From Alloascoidea hylecoeti (Eukaryota): a stretch of 43,430 bases of DNA. Shown piece by piece: positions 35,581-43,430 of the stretch (its first letter is position 1; every line of letters starts with the position of its first letter). Both the position numbers and the translations under genes were made by a program. Location: contig BCKZ01000031.1 of assembly GCA_001600815.1 (NCBI GenBank), forward strand, positions 66,910 through 110,339. The letters run 5' to 3'. The notes beneath the pieces are model-generated. The model saw nothing but the letters and a program-made list of their open reading frames with translations. It searched no databases and was not told the origin of the DNA.

Positions 35581-36715
35581 ACGTAAAGTTTAATAATAAG
35601 TGATGCTATCCCAGCACCTAATTTAATTTAATTGCACATAAAACAATTTTTTCCTTTTAAGAACTGACATGTATAGTGTGCTATTAGTAGATTTATGATT
35701 AGATATTATAAATGCTTATATAATTTATTTATTTAATTGATCTTTTTTATTTCACGCATCGGATCGATGAATAAAAAACAAAAATGTTTTGTGATATTAT
35801 ATTTTCTTATGGCTACGTTTATTTCACCATGCATGCAATTTACAGTAATGAATGAATATTAATGCCTTCTCCAAAAATGTCATCCAATCACAATTGGGCT
35901 CTTTCTAATATTATTGTTGATATTTGATTGAACGAATGCAGACTCACTGCTGAGGCTGCTACTTAGCTGTTCTTTTTTTTCTTACAAACTTGTGGATGTA
36001 GATATTGCTACTATTTAATATATACTTCAGTCTAATAGAGTCTTGATTCTTGATAAGTATACGAAGTTTGTTCAATTTATTATAATATGAACATCTGAAG
36101 ATTTTTTAGATTAGATCATCATAACACATTGATCCGAGGGAATAATTTAACTAGTTCTAGATTTCGTATTAAGCCCTTGCATATTACAGGGTGGAAAATC
36201 ATAATTATAGCGTAATTATTAAAGTTATAATTTTACAACGCTACATGTGACGCCGATTATGTCCCTTTACCCTTAAATTATATAAAGAAGCTGATCCAAT
36301 TGGCCAGATGGGCAGGTGAAAGATCACACATTTTAATTATAATTATCTTTCAGCCATAACATTACAATTGATAATACCAAAATTCTGATATATAGTCAAT
36401 TGAATATATATGAATGATTAATATTGATTGAAAATTATATGTAATTGAATCTTTTATATACTAATTTTAACTACAAATTCAAGTTTTGATACTGATATTT
36501 TCTATATATCTGTGTCTGTAAGGTTAATATTAGTTGGTTATAAGTATAGGAAATTACGAATACTGGCCATGATCGACATCAGTATATAATATATAGTTAT
36601 ATTACATTGTATAACCTGTATTTACTAATATTATAACACGTTTAGAGAATTGTTAATATCATGTCGATTTTACAAGTTTTGAAAGATAAAAATTAATTTG
36701 ATGATTCAGCAACAG

Positions 36716-36764
36716 TCAGCAATCAGCATTCAGCAATCAGCACTCAGCATACAGCACTCAGCAC
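36716..36764. repeat. 7-bp tandem repeat TCAGCA(A/T/C) x7
   Basis: Units tcagcaa tcagcat tcagcaa tcagcac tcagcat acagcac tcagcac, plus an extra tcagca at 36706. Confidence 0.9.
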
Positions 36765-39700
36765 TCCAAAATTTAGTTTTAAGCCAATGACCGTTTGGTT
36801 AATAACAATTAATACAAAAATCATTTTTAATAATACTGAAATTTCTATTAATCTTGGATCATAATTATTATATGGAATATTATGGATGTGCGTAATCTTC
36901 TATGCATAGCGAGAATTATTTCCCTCTTAGGTAATGAAACATATCTGATCAATCTAATCATATAATGTAGGATTATGCAGAACTCAAACCATAGATTATA
37001 ATAAATGAAACGAATAAATCTTTTATATTATTCTTGTCAGCTAGATATAGCAATACATTGAAAATAGAGAACATTCAATTGCGATATTACAATAACTAAG
37101 TCTAGCTTTAGCTTTATGATAGAAATATATATAATATTATTCGCAATTGTTGCCCATCTTGCCATATATACAGTACCGGTATATCATAAATAAAATTGTA
37201 GGGAAGTTGCAGTGGATTCTGAGTGGAATAACTCTTTCCAAACCATGATAGTAAAATTTGATATACTTGCACCTATTTCTTACTGCAACTATGCATATAA
37301 GTTGTGCAAATAATATCTCGAACGTTAGTTTTTTGTTCTGTTTAATTAATTATTATTATTAGAAGACACAGATATTAATATTGTAAACTTTTAATTTGAA
37401 ATTAAACCAACTATCTTATGATCACATTCTTTATATTATATATTTAACTTCTTTTCAATCTGATTAATAGAAAGCTTGATTTAGACTGATAATAAATATT
37501 TCAATAAGGTTGATTTACTATGTTAATTGACACACGTATGATTGGAATTGGTTCACCATGACATTTATTTAGGAAATAACGGAAATATTAAAAAAAAGAT
37601 TTGATCAGAAACTTAAAAGTAAATTAAAATTTAAAAGTATTGGGGATATATATCATATTTACTATTACATTATATAGGCCTACGGCTATATGAAGTTGAT
37701 TAATATAACGATGGGCTTTAAATTTTAGATGTTTTAGTGTTTTTTTGGCTCATCAAAGATTTTCTGCAATTATTTTGACGTTCATGAATCATAATCATAA
37801 AATTTAAAACTGAAATTTATACGGCTCTAAAATTAATCAGATAAAAGAGTTTTCAAAAGCATACAATTACAAGCAGACCAGTGAAGTTAGTTTATCTCAA
37901 AGAAGCATCAAAAATTTCTGAACTTAGGGTGGAAACACCTTAAAGCTAACTGAACTTTTTTCTCATATGTCTCATATGTCTCATACCCAATATTAGGGTA
38001 ACCTACTCCATAAAAGAAAAGATTGAAAGAAGTAAATTTGGAGAATACATTTAATAGATAATTTTATCCGAATAATAGCCTTCAATTTTTAGAGAAATTT
38101 TATTTTCCTTTAGAGGTTTTTCCTAGGAATTCGGAGTATAGTTTAAACTAGTGATTGATAATAGAATAATAGAATTATTGTTAAAAAAAAAAAAATATTG
38201 GATTGTGCAAGTTAAACTGCAAATCGTTCTAGTAATTTTTATTATACTTTCAGGGTTTAATATACATATAATCACAAATTTGCCTATGATGTTCGAATTC
38301 AGATTTTTGTTGCATGATATATGTGATATAATGGTATATGCTTATACATATAATTATCGTTACGTTTATTTAAAGAAATTTCGGAATTGTTTTACTTGAG
38401 AGAAAGATAAAAAAACACATGAAGAAAAAGACTAAACAATATTATAATATTCAAGGTTATAATAATATTCAAGCAAAATAACCTTTACTAGTTAAATTAA
38501 TAATTCAATTGGATCCTTCTGCAGCTAAAAGTAAATTAATATAACCATTTAAACTTATACTAATTTTATAGCGATCAAGATCCCTCAAATTCCATGCATA
38601 CATATATATATGGTATATGGCCCCAAAAAGGAGTCCAATTATCCCCTTGTCGTCTTTTCTCTCAATTGAATCTAGCAAGGAGGATAAACCCAGTATATTA
38701 CCATGATTAATGATGTTTAGATGGTTTAATTAAACACACTATTTAAGCTTTTGTGATATTATAAGGTAGGTGCTAGATCTAACCACGAGTTCAGAAAATC
38801 ATCTCTAAATTTCATACCCGATAAAACATAAGCTTTTTAAATACCTAGTTTTATACCAAAATAGTGTAAGTCCACCACCGCTGTAAAAGCTTACAGCAAG
38901 CCAAAAAATGCCCAAAAACTGAGAAAGGTTAAATTTTAGACGGAATTGGTATCACAGTCGCGACAGGTAGCCTGGTATCTAACTTAATTACGTTATATAC
39001 GTATTTTTGCTAATTAATTCCGATAATTTGCTTCAATAGAAGAAGAATAATTGCGATAACGATCATCATGGGCTCAATAACATTAGCTATAAAATTTGAA
39101 TTTAATGCTAATATATGATTTCACCTCCACCATTAGACAACGTTACATATAACAAATCTTTTCAGACGTAGATTTTTGGTTTCTGAGGATTAAATGTTTG
39201 AGGCTATTACATCTATTCATTTAAATTTAAAGATTTTAGAGTCTTTCGGAGTTGGGGTGTCAATTAACCTTTGAAATTTAATAATTAAATAAAGACGTAC
39301 GTATATTTTATAAGTACTAGTCACTGTAGTCAGCAATATATGTTTACTTTTCATTAGCTCAGAAGAAGTTTTTACCTTATTAATTGCTTTAAATCAATAA
39401 TCATTCATTTGAGTGTGAACTTAGGGCAATATAGAAATTTAATAGCACATGATGTTGTATTAACTATTAAATACTAGTACTAGTTGAACTAAAATGCGCA
39501 GGGTCTACATGAAATTTAAAATGTTTGAAAATTGAACGGAATAAAACGAATTGATATGATATATATATTTTAATGGTTGAACCAGAGAATCTATCGGCTT
39601 CAATTCATACCGATAATTTTACTTATTTACTGTTTTCCATATCGTAGTTTGGTCAGCTGTCAGAACAATGTTTTTCTAATGCTTTGTTTCGTTACGTTCA

Positions 39701-39870
39701 GGTGCTGTTCAAACCTGTCTTTCGCCTCCACAGTTGTTTTCCCATCTTCTCGTCAGTTTCCTTTTACGGAGTGTATCCTTAAGTTTATTTAGGCGTCCCC
39801 CGTTTGAACTCAGAAACATTTAATTTTTGGGGTTGGTTTTGCCGTAGTTTGAACGTATTTGGTAAGTTGA

Positions 39871-40116
39871 ATTTGTGTTTCATAGTTTTGGCTTTAAGTT
39901 CTTCCAATGGATAGTTTTTGAGGAAAAAATAACACAACGAAAGTGTGACCCTAAGAACTAGGCCTAGTTGGATGGCCAGGAATACAAATACAAGCTGGAA
40001 TGCAACAAAAGACAATTGCAACCCAACTACTACAACAAAGCTTATGTCGAAACATTCCTTTAAAGCCTCAAAAACTATACACTGAACAAACTTAAAGCCA
40101 AAACTCTGACACAAAT
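39871..40116. repeat. Inverted repeat, about 52-bp arms (39871-39923 / 40066-40116), 142-bp spacer
   Basis: Reverse complement of the left arm cctcaaaaactatccattggaagaacttaaagccaaaactatgaaacacaaat vs right arm cctcaaaaactatacactgaacaaacttaaagccaaaactctg--acacaaat (45/53). Confidence 0.85.
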
Positions 40117-40389
40117 AGGTAAAGCTACTCACCGAATACTTATCAGACATCCCACGAGAATCATCAGGAAATTGGGGTTACCCTAAAGTGTGGAGAAATA
40201 ACTACCGTATTAATTTACTAAAAGGAGAGCAAAAAAACCGCGGGAAAAGATCCTAAAAGTAGCCTTCGATTCAGACGAATTATTCAAGAAAAGAAAAGGC
40301 TTGCAGTCTCAGAACCTCAGTCACACGTCTTGTATACAAATAGATACCTTCTGATTAATCGGAAAACATAATTAATATAGTACATGTAC

Positions 40390-40615
40390 CTGAATCCAAT
40401 TGAGCACATGTGGAATCTCCTCAAAAGGTTTATCTCCAGTGCAGAATTGAGATTATAAACGCAATTTCTGTCATGTGATCATCTTTTTTGAGGAGGTTCC
40501 ACATGTGCTCAATTGGGAGTTCACTAGTACGACAACTGTAAAATCTCCTTATCATGAAATCCATTCATCGTGATTATAACTTTCATAAAAAAAAAAGAGG
40601 TTCCTAGATAGAACT
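40390..40615. mobile_element. Tc1 transposase relic, copy 3 (catalytic E region), as a palindrome
   Basis: Plus strand LNPIEHMWNLLK (Tc1 SPDLNPIE.W motif) is mirrored on the minus strand. Minus 40585-40540 KVIITMNGFHDKEI aligns with KAVITMNWLN*KEI of copy 1. Confidence 0.8.
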
Positions 40616-41308
40616 TCTGGAGCAGAACTTTGATTGTATCACGAAACTCATGTTGAAGCAAGCAAGCTTAAGCATAGATGAATCGGAATGGATCATTTGT
40701 GAAAGAAAAATAAGTTGATGGTCTGTTTAAATTCATCGGAGGTATCATATGAATTCAAAACATTTGCAATATATTATTAAGTATTACCCTTTTTCTAATA
40801 TTTTAGAAAAACCGCGTTTGGAACTAAACATGGGGATCAATCGTTAATAATAGTTCTGGAGACTAAAATGACCGAACTGGAGCGGACTCTTTTTTTGGGA
40901 CTGGTTGTGTTGGTTCTGTAGGTTGTTTCTCGTAGTCAAGAGATGATTGGATATGTAAAGGACGATTCTTATAATGATTATTAGTTTCATTGATAGTCAA
41001 AATATATAAACTGGTTAACTCACATCTCTAGATATTAAGGAAACAAAATATATATATGTTTTTGCGCTCATTATTATATAATTTTGGGTTGGACTTTGAA
41101 GTGGTAGGTTTAAAGTGTGTTGTTGGATAAAAGACAGATACAACCTATAACTACGTAATACGTATACTTTTCATCAAGCAAAAGTTTTAAACGTCAATAG
41201 TTCTACATTTATATTATAGGTTAAATATAGAGAGCATAATTATATCAATCAGCAAAACAAAATAATTCAAAATCTNTCAGTTGGTTTGTATTTATATTTT
41301 ATAATCTA

Positions 41309-42293
41309 TTATTCCGTAATAACACCATCTCTACTATTATCTTTGTAAATGAAAAATTGCAAGAAAATGATACTATCTTCAAATATTGTTCCTAACGAGC
41401 CCAACAGCCAAGACAGATTCAAAATAATGTATTCAGGCTCAGTACTGTAAAACAAAATTTGACCAGCGTATGTTAGATTTCCAAATGTCGAAAAGATAAA
41501 AAACAAAAGGGAGAGACCATGAACAGATTTCTTTTGATGGTTTTGAATGATTTGTGGAATACGGGCACCAAGATATAAAGCAGCAGATATGTATCCTAAA
41601 ATCTGAGGACCAATTTGAATAGGTTTATTTGGTTCTGGGTCAGAACTTTCTTCCTGGCCCGAGGAAATGAAATACCCAACAGTTCCACATATAATAACAA
41701 AGGAGACAGGAAGAACATATCGCGTAAATGGCGAGTCGGTAAACGAGGGTTTATCAACAATCGATGCTAATGAGTCTCGTCTTCCGGGTCCATGAGAAGA
41801 TCGAGAATTTCTTGATCTTCGTCTGCTCACCAAAGGGTCGGTTTCTGAACCAATGTGGCCATCTTGATGAGAAATGATGTGTGTCTTTTTCGATGGAAGA
41901 CCATAAGTATAGTAAATGTAAGAACCAATCATCAATCCATCGGCAATACAAAACCATACAGCCAGAAAAACAACTTGAGGTAACAGGTTGGCCCAAATAG
42001 AACCAATAAGGTTAGCCAGATCCCCAAGAAACCAAATTGAAATGAATATTATAGATATTCCTTCAGCACTCTGTAGTCTCCATTGCTCGATGAGCTGCGG
42101 AAGTAACAAAACAATCCAACAAGACAAACTATTCAAGAAGAAATTAATATTTATAAATACAAGAAACAACAAAAGAGAATAACACTTACCTCGTCGAACC
42201 AGAAACACCAGAAAGGGCCGTCCTCCACGAAGAGTTTGTGGTGTTATTGACTGACGTAAATCCAAAATCAACCAAGGCTTGAATCTTATCCAT
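41309..42293 (-). CDS. PQ-loop vacuolar cationic amino-acid transporter (Ypq/Rtc2/PQLC2 family); 2 exons 42293-42190, 42128-41309; 307 aa
   Basis: Spliced MDKIQ...ALSGVSGSTSLSCWIVLLLPQLIEQW; second PQ motif ARIPQIIQN; dileucine-like ETDPLV; WLLGSLGTIFED. Confidence 0.9.
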
Positions 42294-42481
42294 TTTCCAC
42301 CAATGCTATATAAATATAGTAGGCAATAGACCAAATCTCAAATTTTAAAGAAATATTTTATGGGTATCTTATCTTTTTTTCTTGGTCTGGTTACTAGTTA
42401 CCGATACTTTAATGCATTAAAGTTTCGGCCCAGGTAAATATACATCTCATAAATTATTAATTATAAATAATATCGGAAAAC

Positions 42482-42733
42482 TTATTCTTCTTCATATTCA
42501 TCAGAATCATAAGTGTAAGATACAGACCTATTTTTATTACGAGTACTTCTTCTTGTTGCACTTTTCCTTTGATAAATGGATATCGATTGTTGTCTCTTCA
42601 ATGGCATGGTTTTAGTAGAGACACCATTGTTTTCTTCTTTCGCTACAATTCTTTTCGTAACATTTAGAGCTCTTTTAGAGAAAGCTCTTGTCAATTTCTT
42701 TGAAATATATTCTTTAAATCGATCTAAAATCAT
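42482..42733 (-). CDS. Hypothetical small basic protein with acidic tail (or C-terminal remnant), 83 aa
   Basis: ORF ending RRSTRNKNRSVSYTYDSDEYEEE; no family recognised. Confidence 0.3.
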   Translation of the reverse strand: MILDRFKEYISKKLTRAFSKRALNVTKRIVAKEENNGVSTKTMPLKRQQSISIYQRKSATRRSTRNKNRSVSYTYDSDEYEEE

Positions 42734-42824
42734 ATCTGGAATGAAATTTGTTGTTACTACTTATCACTAGCACTTTTTTCTTTTTTGATGCCATACTTCT
42801 ATAGTGATTAATAATATCAGTCCG

Positions 42825-42848
42825 CACGTGATGCAAATAATTTACCCG
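42825..42848. promoter_or_regulatory. Cbf1/Tye7-like E-box and Reb1-like site in a short divergent promoter
   Basis: GCACGTGAT (=ATCACGTGC) core at 42825-42830; TTACCCG at 42842-42848. Confidence 0.45.
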
Positions 42849-42903
42849 TAATTTCGCAACATCCTAACAACTAACTTATACACATTTTCTTTTCTTTGCC
42901 ACC

Positions 42904-43430
42904 ATGGAGACTATTACAGACAAATTCAAACAGTACAGCGATGAAATTGAGAAAATATTCAGTGAAAATAGGCATCAGCTATCCGAGGTGGACCCCAGCA
43001 TTTTTTTTGGTGACCTTAGTAAGGAGGAAAATTTAAATGAGTTGAGAGCGCTTACTAGAAAAAGTATATTCGTCAATAGCAGTGCACTTGTATTACAAAA
43101 CCTTCTGTGCAATTTACCCATGACAGGTTTGTTTATAACTGGGTATAATGGTATGCCAAATATAGATAAATCAAGTGGTGCTGCTAGAAAGACTGGATCA
43201 AGTGGTGCTGTTAATGTTAACACTAGTTCCGAGATAAATCAAATGGGTGATTATTTTTACACAACTTCATTTATCAATGGTGAGACACTAAAATTCGAAG
43301 CAGAAAGTATTTGGTTGGAGACAGCATTATCGCAATTAGATGACCTTAGAGTAACAACGGCATTGACCTTGGGTGGTATATTGGATGTCAAACTTGGCCC
43401 TCAAGAAAGATTTTCCGAAGCAGATATATC
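42904..43430 (+). CDS. Unknown protein, 5' part (175+ codons, open to the window end)
   Basis: GCCACCATGG start context; stop-free frame METITDKFKQYSDEIEKIF...GGILDVKLGPQERFSEADI. Missing from the ORF track because the stop lies outside the window. Confidence 0.7.
   Translation, partial: METITDKFKQYSDEIEKIFSENRHQLSEVDPSIFFGDLSKEENLNELRALTRKSIFVNSSALVLQNLLCNLPMTGLFITGYNGMPNIDKSSGAARKTGSSGAVNVNTSSEINQMGDYFYTTSFINGETLKFEAESIWLETALSQLDDLRVTTALTLGGILDVKLGPQERFSEADI

Noticed and set aside
37850..38950. Possible further Tc1 traces (SRPVKL, WPQK..LSP, FWLAVSF)
   Set aside because: Motifs are too short and inconsistent in strand and order to support by eye.
42975..43223. 82-aa minus ORF
   Set aside because: Antisense shadow of the longer plus ORF starting at 42904.

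Overview
AT-rich, intron-rich budding-yeast (Saccharomycotina-like) nuclear DNA using the standard code: CTG sits at conserved Leu positions in CK1 APQLRDEY and Eaf3 HGPLLYEAK, and a tRNA-Leu(UAG) gene is present. Genes in order: a headless SMC4-like coding fragment running off the left edge (-), casein kinase I YCK (-), EAF3 (+), DSE1 (-), RSP5 (+), ECL1 (-), PSF2 (+), tRNA-Leu(UAG) (-), CAK1, RSM23/DAP3, SRP72, IPL1/Aurora, a 2OG-Fe(II) dioxygenase, a ferric reductase and a PQ-loop transporter (all -), then an orphan divergent ORF pair at the right edge. Exon/intron models were rebuilt by hand and correct several ORF-track calls. Three gene-poor blocks (about 6.2-9.2, 16.4-23.4 and 35.5-41.3 kb) hold decayed Tc1/mariner, probable pogo/Fot1 and possible LINE relics. 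The most notable observations are: (1) three fold-back inverted duplications, two built from internal Tc1 transposase coding sequence; (2) an SMC4 frame that begins mid-coiled-coil behind splice-acceptor-like signals, with no 5' half nearby; (3) a TAGTAG acceptor in DSE1 whose first AG creates a stop; (4) sharp GC peaks centred on short divergent promoters; (5) motif sets matching Mcm1-Fkh (IPL1), Ace2 (DSE1), Gcn4/Pho4 (ECL1) and iron GATA (FRE). Homology calls come from recalled family motifs; no database search was run.
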